DNA of 64,000 bases from Auanema rhodensis (Eukaryota > Animalia > Nematoda), in assembly GCA_964057225.1 (NCBI GenBank), contig OZ059899.1, positions 15,686,001 to 15,750,000 on the forward strand, written 5' to 3'. The translations under genes were made by a program, and so were the position numbers. The notes below the pieces were generated by a model, which worked only from the letters and a program-made list of their open reading frames with translations, was not told the origin of the DNA and made no database searches. Positions 12,951 through 24,707 of the stretch are shown here, one piece after another. Position 1 is the stretch's first letter; each line of letters opens with the position of its first letter.

Positions 12951-14948
12951 GAAGAGATTTAGAGAGTAGGATGTTAGACGAGAATTTGCAAGATATGTAT
13001 ATAGAAAACATGATTGTGAAGAATATCAATAGCAAGTTTACAGCTTAAGCTTAATCTTTTCAATGCAAAATAAAGAGAAAAAGAGGGAGTGAGTGGGAGA
13101 GCGAGAGGACAAAAATAAAAAGTTTAAGAAGGTCATGCTTATCGGAATTGAAAAAAATATTCCAAAATTGAAATTTATTGTTTGCAACTTGTAAAGGGTA
13201 TTTCGACTTTTTTTGATTTCTGACAGATCCTGTGAGTATGATTCGTATGTGAAACATACATTCATAGTAGAGCTAGATTCATCATCACCCTCATCATCGA
13301 TGTCGTTGTTGTGTTTCAGAAGAAAGACACAAGAGAACGAGAAGTTGATATATGATTCTGAAGTTGTAGATCTGATTTTGGGATTTACAGAGAGTATGTT
13401 TGTTTAAAGTTTAAGATGAAGTGAATAATAGAAACTTTCCCATCTTAACCCAGTTATTTTCTGAAATAAAATTAAAGAAAATGGAAAAGAAATAAATTCA
13501 ATCTGATTCATTTTATCAGAATTTTCATATTTCAAAAGCAAATATGAAAGGAAAAAATGAAAATTCTGATGTTCCACAGACAAAAATAAATGAAATTTGA
13601 TGTCAAATGTATCACCTAGTTACACGTATTTCATCTGGTTTTTTTGTGTTTTTTATGTTTCTTCTTCTATGCCATCGTCTTCGTCTTCGTCTTCTTCTGG
13701 TACGTCTTCGCGAAAAGGTTGAATGAATGAAGACGACGACAATCTTTTCTTTTTATTCTTTTTTTTTTCTGTCAATGTCAACTTCCAAAGATCGAGCAGA
13801 AAACATTGTGAACGAAAAAAAACGGGAAAATGTGATGAGGAGCTGGACGGCGACACACGATGGCTAGGATGAGTACGACGAATTGAGCAACAAGCATGCA
13901 TTCAATTTGGGGTTTTTCGAATATTTTGTTTCAAAAAGAAAACAAAATGGCTTTCACAGTCATACTCTCTGGCAAAACTGTGTGTGTTTCGGCATAAATA
14001 GCTGATTGTGGGTGGAATTTTGTTAAATTGCTTCTTCCCATTTCGGTTCCGTCGAATTCCAACACCCCCGTTTTCCTTCCAACTTCTGCGGCATGTTTCT
14101 TGTTGTGTTTGAGATTTCTATGTCTAAAGCTGCTGCAAGTTGGTAAAGTTTCAACGTCAAAGTCTTATCTGCTGCCGTTCGTCTGATACATGTCCGATGT
14201 ATGCAGTGAAGAAGTTGGACACTTCTTTCTTGTTTAGTTTTTCATTTCAATTAACCAGTTTTTATAAGATTTCTTAAATCTATCTATGAAATTTCATATA
14301 TCCAAAGAATCTGATCTGTCATCATTCCTTTTCTTTGTGAGGAGTGTCTGAATGTGAGTGTGTGTTGCAAGTTCATGTCTTCAGCTTTAACCATCAAAGT
14401 CTCTTAATCGTTTCTCATCCTCTACTTTCTTTCTGTCTATATTCTCTTTATTACTTTTTCATTCAAATCATATAATACAATCTTCTTTTCATCATTATAA
14501 TTACTGGTAGTAGTGCAACTATAACTACAAACCACATACAGTCCTGTGCGAAATAGTTGGGACACCCTCAACTCAAAGACCCCAGAAAACTCCAGAAAAT
14601 TCCAACAAAATACAAAAAAAAAAATTTTAATTTCAAAAATTTTGCAAGTTCATATAGTTTATATTCAATCTAAATATATGTTAATATAATTAAAACTAAT
14701 TTCAATAAAATTTCTAAATTTATAAGGAAAAATAGTGTTTTTTGACTATTTTGAATAATCCCTTTTGATTTAACAAAATTTGAGATTAGGAAAGAAGTTA
14801 ATTCATTAAAAATATTTTTAAATGGGTCTAAGCACAAAACTCGATCAAAAACTAAGTTTTATCTGCAGCATAGCTTCAACCAAGTAAGCTTCAGCATCTG
14901 AATCTTACTGAATATCTATGAAGAGAACTTGGTTGACGTACAACCAAA
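12907..14948. repeat. Left arm of a ~2.05-kb inverted duplication
   Basis: Four ORFs in 13038-13901 recur with identical translations on the opposite strand at 21750-22613; the nucleotide match runs from the (AG)n tract at ~12907 to ggttgacgtacaaccaaa at 14948. Confidence 0.97.
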
Positions 14949-15104
14949 CATTCTATCAAAAGATTCTACCTGATGTTTCGATGAAACTCATAAGAGAAGA
15001 CTTCAAGCAGATTATTGAAAATTTCAGAGACAATTTGAGAAAAAGAGAAATTTTTAAGATTTTTTCTGAATTCATTATCGTTTTCTAACACATAAAATAA
15101 AATA
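14539..15104 (+). mobile_element. Truncated Tc1/mariner-like DNA transposon (one TIR plus transposase remnant)
   Basis: TA|CAGTCCTGTGCGAAATAGTTGGGACACCC terminus. 14821-14960 translates with a frameshift and stops as NGSKHKTRS...QPSKLQHLNLTEYL*RELG*R, resembling the Tc1 DNDPKHTS / WPSQSPDLNPIEHLW motifs. Right boundary is where BEL-derived sequence starts. Confidence 0.75.
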
Positions 15105-15315
15105 CTCCGTGTCTGACGGAATCTTAGGGTGTCTGCAGTTTTTCAAACTGCCACGAGCCTCGAACGAATAGTCTTTATTGACGAGAGCTCGTCGAGTTCG
15201 TGTCCTCTGACAACGATCTCGGACAAACGGACCTCTGATTCAGATCCGCCCTTATGAACCTACTAACGGCCTTTGCGGTTAGTCTCAAGGAAGACAGGCT
15301 TTCTAACTGTTCCTT
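15105..15315. repeat. 211-bp direct repeat, second copy at 17143-17353
   Basis: ctccgtgtctgacgga...ctaactgttcctt occurs twice with two substitutions seen. Confidence 0.95.
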
Positions 15316-15364
15316 GACGAGTGCGTGATCTATTCCAACGCCCTCGGGTTCTTGCTGATTGCGA

Positions 15365-15557
15365 TGTTTAATATTTCGGAATCAACAAAGACACACAACA
15401 AAATAAGTTTATTAACGACCAACGATAGGATAACAATATAACAAGCAAGATAAGAGAGCACTGTCCAGTATAAACCTTAACTGAATGAAGGCTGATTTCA
15501 GAGTACTTAAAACCTGGCGGTTGTAGTTTATATTTGACCTCGGTCCTACGATCGACA
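15365..15557 (-). repeat. Putative 3' LTR of the BEL element
   Basis: Begins TGTCGA directly after TTCGCCCCCAG, contains TATAAA and AATAAA, candidate end ..TTAAACA. No matching 5' LTR in the window, so the distal end is uncertain and may extend to ~15105. Confidence 0.55.
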
Positions 15558-15795
15558 CTGGGGGCGAACAAAAAACAAAACTAACGAGAATATTGAACCT
15601 GAGTCCCGCATTTAACCTACGTGGATCCTCAACAATATACTACCAATGAACAGATAAGGCTAAACAAAAAACGATTTTATAAAAAAGCAAAAAACAACAA
15701 AAAACAAGAAAAATAAACAAGAAAAACAAAAAAACAAAAAAAAAAAACAAGAGAATACACACCACCGAACAAAGGAAAAAACAAGGATCACAAAG

Positions 15796-16362
15796 CTAAG
15801 GATTATCATCACCCTTTCTCTTGAGCCTATTTCGTCTCATCATGCCCTCTAGTCCAGCCACATGTCCAGGGCAGCAGCATAATGCATGAGCCCAAACTCC
15901 TGAGTTCCAATGTCGGCAAATCGTCGGGTTCCTACATTGCCCGGTTTCATGAGTCGATTTTAAACATTTTAAACATCTTTTATTCTCGTGGGTGAAGTGT
16001 AGTCTCTGCGAGATAGTATTTACTATCCAGCAGTGGTCAGCTTGATGAGCTTCTTCACAGAAAGGGCAATATCTCCTCTCCTCTTCTTTCTCGAGATATG
16101 CCCATAGTTTTTTATCGTTTCTTCGAATGGTGTGTATGATCTTTTCTAACATTCTCTTGATTTGCTTCATTTCTAAGTTGTCTTCCCGTCGCTTGTGATC
16201 TTCCCGGTTAGCTTGGTTATTTCTTGTCGCCTGGTTCTGATGAGTATTCGGGATCTTTGGAATAGGTTTGGTGGGTACGTAAACCCTAAGGTTGGTGTTG
16301 TTCATGATAGTTTTATCTAGGTCGTCCAATATGGCGTCGTAGTCGAGGTCTATTGTTTCCAT
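15796..16362 (-). CDS. Retroelement 3' accessory ORF, 188 aa, with a zinc-knuckle cluster
   Basis: Open ATG ORF between integrase and LTR; CPFCEEAHQADHC, CLKCLKSTHETGQC and degenerate CRHW..HALCC; TATTTTAAG acceptor-like site 2 nt before the ATG. Confidence 0.75.
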   Translation of the reverse strand: METIDLDYDAILDDLDKTIMNNTNLRVYVPTKPIPKIPNTHQNQATRNNQANREDHKRREDNLEMKQIKRMLEKIIHTIRRNDKKLWAYLEKEEERRYCPFCEEAHQADHCWIVNTISQRLHFTHENKRCLKCLKSTHETGQCRNPTICRHWNSGVWAHALCCCPGHVAGLEGMMRRNRLKRKGDDNP

Positions 16363-16433
16363 TTCTTAAAATAGTTAGTTTTTAGAATAGTAACGTTACA
16401 ATACAATGAACAGGAACAGCTATATTGCTGTTC

Positions 16434-17349
16434 CTATTGCTGGATCTCTAATGGAATGATCGTATAAATGGATCTCCGAAGGACCCTCCCGGCAGAATGT
16501 AGTAGATCTACCGCGCGTGGAGCTCGCTCATTGGGGTGCAATTTCATGATCTTGGCTAAGTGCCATCTCGTTTTATCAGTTTTTTGATCTGTGCAAAAAA
16601 CTATATCTCCTATTCTTGGAACTGTACTGGATCCTTTGTTATATTGAGTGACGATTCTATTCCTTTCTTTTAGATGTGTTAAATACAAATCTTTCCATAA
16701 TTTCCAGAACTGTTCTAACCGTTTATTAACGGAGTTCCATTCACTCTGTAGAGTGTCTTCTTTCTTTGTATCTGTGCATGGATATGTTCGATCTGGGTAA
16801 GGAAAGATGAGGTCCATTGGACATATGTATTCTAATGTGTCCTCGTTGATAGGACATAGTGGTCGTGAATTAATGAGTCTCGCTATCTCTATAATTAGAG
16901 TTTCTAGTGTCCTTATTTTCCATTTTTGTTGAGTTTTTGTAGCTACTTTGTACAAGCAGCTTTTTACTAAAGCTACCATCCTTTCGTAGACTCCTCCCTG
17001 CCATGGTGAGTAGAGAGTGATAAATTTCCATTTTATTCTTAATGAATTTATCATGTACTGTAGTTCTTTCGGAATCTGGTTGGGCTTTAGATGCGAATGT
17101 ATTCGCACTACTCTTGTTATCTGTGTTAAAAGAGAATTGTGTCTCCGTGTCTGACGGAATCTTAGGGTGTCTGCAGTCTTTCAAACTGCCACGAGCCTCG
17201 AACGAATAGTCTTTATTGACGAGAGCTCGTCGAGTTCGTGTCCTCTGACAACGATCTCGGACAAACGGACCTCTGATTCAGATCCGCCCTTATGAACCTA
17301 CTAACGACCTTTGCGGTTAGTCTCAAGGAAGACAGGCTTTCTAACTGTT

Positions 17350-17403
<54 letters not shown>

Positions 17404-19908
17404 ATACTTCCTTCTCTCTTGTTGAAAATAGAATTCTTTTCTCTAATGTATGTTCTATTTCTCGGTCGTTCTTTTATTACTGCTGTATGTGGGATAAAAT
17501 AGTGTGGTCTGTCAGTACGGTATTGTGCATACGGTACTTTTTCTAAAATCCCTGATGCTAATGGTCCGTTTTCTTATATAGGTTCCATTTTTCTTTGCCT
17601 GAAAACCCTTTGAACAGCGATTTCAGCCTTATCGCCGCTTGAGCATAGTTAGAGTCCAGTTCTTTTAGATCATCCTTGAACGGTAGACTCACTTGAACTC
17701 GTTTTGTCTTTGTATCGACTTTTACTGTTGAAAAAAACTTTTCTCATGCTACATCATCAGTTGTTGTATTGATATGAACATCCGGCGCTAGTTCTTCGAA
17801 TGTTGTTAATATTCGTCCACTTCTTGTGTTCACTGTTGGGGTTGGGTACGTTGTTCCTGAAACTATAGGACCCGATTCAGTTCTTATCAGGTGAAGACCT
17901 GACGTCAATCTTATTGGAGGTTGGTTTCCCCCCACATGAAGTCAATATCTACTAGAATGTCAGGTGTTACATTTCCACAAGGAATGTTTTCTAACGATAA
18001 TCCTAGTGCTCTTATTGTATCTCTATCCGATATGGACAATTTGGGTAATTCTAATACTCCTACAATTTTTTCTAATCCCAGAGACGTGATTTTTTGCTGC
18101 CTTGGGCCTAGTCGTATGTGATACGCTGTGTCTACTTTTATTGGTTTTTTATTTTCACAACCTGTTAGTAGGATGGGTTCCACTTTCATGGGTTTCAACC
18201 CTAATTTTTTTTGCTGTATTTATGAGTATCAGAGATTTCTGAGCTCCAGAGTCTATTAAAGTTATTACTCTGTGTTGGTGCATATCGTTGGATACGGTCG
18301 TTGTATTTGTTAACCCTAGTCTGACTGCGCTGTTACACTTTCCTATGAATATTTTTTGAGTGTCTTTTTTAACTAACTCTTTATATGTGCATAGAGCTGT
18401 GTTGTGATCGCTATTGCAGTTTCTGCATTTTGGCTTTGTGAATTGTTATGATGTGTGGTTCTAATCAAAACATATCCAGCATACCTTTTTCCTGTCCCGC
18501 ATCAACATCATTTTCTTCAGTTGAGGGGTGTTAACAATATCACACTTGTAATATGGATGATCTTTCGAGCAAAAATAACATTTTGAAGCTTGCCTCCCTG
18601 TTTGATTTTTCTGTTGATTTTTGGAGGTATTATAGCGTTCTGTTTTATTAAACGCATATATGTGTGCTACTTCATGTGCACATTGATCATATTGGTGGTA
18701 ATCTTGTGATGTGTAGCGTATTGTACGTGGTGTTTCTCTTAACTCCGACGCTTCATATATCACTCTGTTTAAGAATTCAACGTGTGAATATTTTGTTCCT
18801 TCTAGGCTTTCTCTTAGTCGTACTTTATCGACTATAATATCCAGTAACTTTTCATTAAGTTTAGTCCGTATATAAGCGCAGGGCATCCTATTGTCAAAAT
18901 GTTGAATGAGCGCTCTTAATTTGGCAGCGCATTCTAATATTGATTCTGTATTTAGCTCTGCTGGCTGTAGGTTTTCCATCTGGTGCATGAGTGTTTTCGG
19001 TCTTGACGTAATGGTATTGTGTCAGCGTACCTCCTCGCGTGCCCTCTCAGTAGATTCCTTAGATGATGGAACTTTGATTGCGAAGATATGGATGGGTTGC
19101 TTCCTATATATGTGTTAAAGTTTGTCTCGACTAGCTTCCCATTCATCGTGATACGAGTTCTGGTTTCTAAATCTGGAAGTTATATAACTCCTTCATTAGT
19201 AATTCGTTCTCTCCTCTGGCTGTTACCGTACCTTATACTGGTTAACGGTGTGACAAATCGTCCAGAATCCATTGGCAAATGACGTTGTTCATCAGTGATT
19301 CTGTCATTGCAATACTCGTTTGAATCATCTACGTTTAGCTGCTCTAGATACTGGACTATCGGTTCTTCGATGTTGTCATCGAATTGTACTCTTGTATTAG
19401 AATGGGTATCAGTATTTTTTCTCTGTGGCGCCTCTGTTGAAGATGTTTCTATCCTTGGAAACTTAAGATCTTCAGGTAGTGAATTCCCCTCGAGAACGTC
19501 GTCTATCATTTCCAGAGTTTCCTGTAACCCTTTCATTATGGATTTTTTATTAAATTTCAATGTTTCATAGAATATCACTCTTTTTGACGCTTTATCTTTC
19601 AAATTATCAGCGAATGATTGATTTATCCCGTTTTGGTATTCATTGGTCTTGGTGATCGTTGTTCTTATTTCTTCCTGAACTACTCGAGGATCTGAACGGT
19701 ATTCTTCTGAGTCTTCTGAATCAACGATTCTTTTCCTCGCTGCTGATATGACAGATTCGAGGGATAAAGTCTTGACTTGTAATCCCAAGTACTTCCCTTT
19801 TACGAAACATGATGCTTGTTTGTCCAATTTCGTAAATTTGTTCAATTTATGACCATTTGTAGTGGTATTTTGAACTTCCATTTCTGTCTCAGTAGTTGGG
19901 GGAGCCAT
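16434..19908 (-). pseudogene. BEL/Pao gag-pol, frameshifted and internally deleted
   Basis: Fragments in different frames: 19180-19908, 18952-19146 (YIGSNPSISSQSKFHHLRNLLRG), 18461-18988 (CYFCSKDHPYYKC), 17911-18198, 17744-17935 and 16434-17108 (integrase core and C-terminus). No RT YxDD core or RNase H seen. Confidence 0.9.
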
Positions 19909-20609
19909 GTTGAAAATAGAATTCTTTTCTCTAATGTATGTTCTATTTCTCGGTTTTTGATCTATTGATCAATACTATTCCTATGTTAGAAATAGCGTGA
20001 GTGTGCAAACTCGTCTGTTACGAGCTATTCGTATCTAAGTCGTATATAGACTTAGATCAGAACCCTCTGGTTTTTACAAATCCTTGCTGCTTGACTCGTA
20101 GACTCTCTACAGTCGCTCAGGAGAATCCTGAGTTGTCTGTGCTTACACAGACAGAGCTAATCCCGCTGTGGGATAACAAGGGCACCAGTAGATCTCTTCT
20201 ACTAGGTATATTAAATCCCTCTCTGGGAATCTAAACTCTGTTAGATCCTCTTTGGATCTATTAGAATTTTTACCTTTATCAATTTCAATTGATATTGTAA
20301 AAAGTGATCCTATATATACCCATTTTTCCCGCTCGAAAGATCAATGTATTTTGTACCTTGATCTCGACACTCATGTATCGTTATCCCTATCCCCCTTCTC
20401 CCACCTTGTAATGATCTGTCATATTTCCATTTTTGATTTTTCTAACAAATTTCAAATTAAAGCTTTATCTTCTGTTCGTGACCATTATTTGAAAATCTTC
20501 AAATTCAATTTCGTTTAAACAACATATCTTGTAAATTCTTCTTCTTTGTATTTGTTTAAAACAAGATATCACAAACATATCTTTTTTCATTTAAAACCTA
20601 AAAAAGGAA

Positions 20610-21112
20610 CAGTCCTGTGCGAAATAGTTAGGACACCCACTAGAATCCCTTAAAAATTTTAAAAATCATGTTTAAAAGTAATTTCTGAAGTCTCCGGGAG
20701 AATTTGGTTGTACGTCAACCAAGTTCTCTTCATAGATATTCAGTAAGATTCAGATGCTGAAGCTTACTTGGTTGAAGCTATGCTGCAGATAAAACTTAGT
20801 TTTTGATCGAGTTTTGTGCTTAGACCCATTTAAAAATATTTTTAATGAATTAACTTCTTTCCTAATCTCAAATTTTGTTAAATCAAAAGGGATTATTCAA
20901 AATAGTCAAAAAACACTATTTTTCCTTATAAATTTAGAAATTTTATTGAAATTAGTTTTAATTATATTAACATATATTTAGATTGAATATAAACTATATG
21001 AACTTGCAAAATTTTTGAAATTAAAATTTTTTTTTTTGTATTTTGTTGGAATTTTCTGGAGTTTTCTGGGGTCTTTGAGTTGAGGGTGTCCCAACTATTT
21101 CGCACAGGACTG
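20610..21112 (-). mobile_element. 503-bp non-autonomous Tc1-like element with 29-bp TIRs
   Basis: CAGTCCTGTGCGAAATAGTTAGGACACCC at 20610-20638 and its inverse (one mismatch) at 21084-21112; TA on the right flank only. Confidence 0.88.
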
Positions 21113-22700
21113 TATGTGGTTTGTAGTTATAGTTGCACTACTACCAGTAATTATAATGATGAAAAGAAGATTGTATTATATGATTTGAATGAAAAAGTAA
21201 TAAAGAGAATATAGACAGAAAGAAAGTAGAGGATGAGAAACGATTAAGAGACTTTGATGGTTAAAGCTGAAGACATGAACTTGCAACACACACTCACATT
21301 CAGACACTCCTCACAAAGAAAAGGAATGATGACAGATCAGATTCTTTGGATATATGAAATTTCATAGATAGATTTAAGAAATCTTATAAAAACTGGTTAA
21401 TTGAAATGAAAAACTAAACAAGAAAGAAGTGTCCAACTTCTTCACTGCATACATCGGACATGTATCAGACGAACGGCAGCAGATAAGACTTTGACGTTGA
21501 AACTTTACCAACTTGCAGCAGCTTTAGACATAGAAATCTCAAACACAACAAGAAACATGCCGCAGAAGTTGGAAGGAAAACGGGGGTGTTGGAATTCGAC
21601 GGAACCGAAATGGGAAGAAGCAATTTAACAAAATTCCACCCACAATCAGCTATTTATGCCGAAACACACACAGTTTTGCCAGAGAGTATGACTGTGAAAG
21701 CCATTTTGTTTTCTTTTTGAAACAAAATATTCGAAAAACCCCAAATTGAATGCATGCTTGTTGCTCAATTCGTCGTACTCATCCTAGCCATCGTGTGTCG
21801 CCGTCCAGCTCCTCATCACATTTTCCCGTTTTTTTTCGTTCACAATGTTTTCTGCTCGATCTTTGGAAGTTGACATTGACAGAAAAAAAAAAGAATAAAA
21901 AGAAAAGATTGTCGTCGTCTTCATTCATTCAACCTTTTCGCGAAGACGTACCAGAAGAAGACGAAGACGAAGACGATGGCATAGAAGAAGAAACATAAAA
22001 AACACAAAAAAACCAGATGAAATACGTGTAACTAGGTGATACATTTGACATCAAATTTCATTTATTTTTGTCTGTGGAACATCAGAATTTTCATTTTTTC
22101 CTTTCATATTTGCTTTTGAAATATGAAAATTCTGATAAAATGAATCAGATTGAATTTATTTCTTTTCCATTTTCTTTAATTTTATTTCAGAAAATAACTG
22201 GGTTAAGATGGGAAAGTTTCTATTATTCACTTCATCTTAAACTTTAAACAAACATACTCTCTGTAAATCCCAAAATCAGATCTACAACTTCAGAATCATA
22301 TATCAACTTCTCGTTCTCTTGTGTCTTTCTTCTGAAACACAACAACGACATCGATGATGAGGGTGATGATGAATCTAGCTCTACTATGAATGTATGTTTC
22401 ACATACGAATCATACTCACAGGATCTGTCAGAAATCAAAAAAAGTCGAAATACCCTTTACAAGTTGCAAACAATAAATTTCAATTTTGGAATATTTTTTT
22501 CAATTCCGATAAGCATGACCTTCTTAAACTTTTTATTTTTGTCCTCTCGCTCTCCCACTCACTCCCTCTTTTTCTCTTTATTTTGCATTGAAAAGATTAA
22601 GCTTAAGCTGTAAACTTGCTATTGATATTCTTCACAATCATGTTTTCTATATACATATCTTGCAAATTCTCGTCTAACATCCTACTCTCTAAATCTCTTC

Positions 22701-22791
<91 letters not shown>

Positions 22792-22792
22792 T
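20703..22792. repeat. Right arm of the ~2.05-kb inverted duplication
   Basis: Reverse complement of 12907-14948; in spot checks only the terminal (CT)n length differed. Confidence 0.97.
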
Positions 22793-23301
22793 CATAGAAA
22801 TCTTCTTATGAAATTGAAAAACAACAATAGTATTCTGATGTTAATCTCTTGTCAATACAATTTCTTCTTTTGAACTTAAGAAACTTATCGTTGTTATGTT
22901 GAACTCATGAGGTTATGTGCAAAACCAACTTGAAAGAGATGATTATAGATGTCATACAACAACCAACTAACATCATCATCATCATCACTATCGTCATCAT
23001 CTGACTTTATTGTATACGTGTGTAAACGATGCAAGACGAGCTTGACGACGTCGACCTAGCACGCATGATTGAGCAACCTTCTGATGTCAACCTCCTCCCT
23101 ACCTCCCCGTCTATAAGAGGCATTGTGTAGGTCACAGTTTTCAGAATTCGACAGGCCATTTCCCACTTTCCTACCATCTCTAACTTAAAGACAACTATAC
23201 ATAGTAGCCTGTCTGTATTACATCTATTCAGAATCGTCGTCAACTTACTCTATTAACTGCTATTCTCATCTGAATACTATCGTCGACATTAAACATTGAC
23301 G

Positions 23302-24145
23302 ATGTCATCGTATTATCAGCAGATTGCCTTCTTCTGCTTGCTCATATCTTCTGTTTACTGTGCTTTTACTATCCCAACTGGAACAAAGTTGCAGCTTCTC
23401 AAGCGTTTTCATGATTCTGTCACTGATTTCTTCACACCTGAACAAGTGTCCAAGGTACATTATTTCTGTTTCACAAGTTTTATGACTAGATGATTGAACA
23501 TAACAGCATTAACAACTTGTTATTCTACTTGTTCATCTATCTTTTGAGCTCCATCTGAATTATCACTTTGCAGGCAATCGATATAACTGCATTGGATATA
23601 CATCGTGGTCGAAAGCCAGCTGAAATCATATCACGTATGCTGACCTTTTCGGCTTAATCAAGCATATTAAGCTTGTTAACCTTACAGATTTGGAAGATTT
23701 AGCTCGCAGCTCCCTTAAAGACGATCAATTAACGAAATTAGCTTCAGCATATGACCTATTGGCTGATGATTTAGGTAACAAAGGTGCAGCTGTAGCCTTT
23801 CAACGAATCAAGAAGATTATCGTATATGCTATTGAGCCAGCAGTTGACAAGGTTTCTGAGTACTTTGTACCTTTTCTTCCTTTTCAAATTTTTTTTGCAA
23901 TGTCGCGCCAAAAACGGAAATTTTTAGTTAAACAACATAACTGTTTCATTGAAAATATTCAGATTCATACACATAGTGATACTCCGGATTCCGCCTACGA
24001 CACTATGCTGACCCTGTTCACTCCAGAATACGTATCAGCTATTAAGCAGCTGATTGAGATGACGTTAACACCTACAGAGCTGAAAGCCGTTCAAACTCGA
24101 TTCGGAACTCTGTTCCATATACAGGAAAAGGAAAACTCATTTTGA
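23302..24145 (+). CDS. Secreted, probably all-helical protein of unknown family, 186 aa, 4 exons
   Basis: Exons 23302-23454, 23574-23634, 23688-23851, 23963-24145 join in frame with GT-AG introns; N-terminus MSSYYQQIAFFCLLISSVYCA looks like a signal peptide; mature part lacks Cys and has amphipathic patterning. Confidence 0.85.
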
Positions 24146-24592
24146 ACACATTTATTATCATTTGCTTAATGAATTCTTAGATTTTTGTTTGAATTTGTCT
24201 TTGTACTAGATGTAACAACAAGAAATTTATGTGAGATTGAGTGAGGAGAGCTGAGCCGGGAGAAGGTATGCCGTGCTTGCTGCTCCAGATGACACTGTTC
24301 AGCGTAGTTTCGGTGATTGTTACAAGTCAGAGGATTCTTGAATTTTATCAAAAGAAGATGAATGTATGTTTCAGAATCATATAGTTACATGAATTGTGAA
24401 ATATCTATATTCAATAAGGATTATTTCTTTTAATATAAAATGAGATATTGATTGAAAATGAAGAAAAGAAAAAGATGAAAAATTGAAAATAGATGTTATG
24501 ATTCTATGTATTTTCATATTGAAATTGAAAAAGAGAAAGTATTCTATTTGATTATGGCAATTTTCATTGAAACTCTTAAAGCATGAACAAGT

Positions 24593-24707
<115 letters not shown>

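Larger units (their letters stand above)
15105..20369 (-). mobile_element. Degenerate BEL/Pao (Belpaoviridae) LTR retrotransposon
   Basis: Minus-strand order: gag with CCHC knuckles, protease (LIDSGAQKSLI, ~18230-18260), RT start (YFIPHTAVIK), integrase (SPWQGGVYERMV..INSRPL..FWKLWKDLYL..RWHLAKI), 3' ORF, then CGCCCCCAG|TGT at the LTR start. Outer boundaries are approximate. Confidence 0.93.

Noticed and set aside
13038-13901. ORFs duplicated in both arms as genes
   Set aside because: Identity only reflects the duplication; sequences are low complexity and overlap on both strands.
15105-17353. 211-bp direct repeats as the LTR pair of a mini-element
   Set aside because: No TG..CA ends or target-site duplication, and one copy sits at an internal deletion junction.
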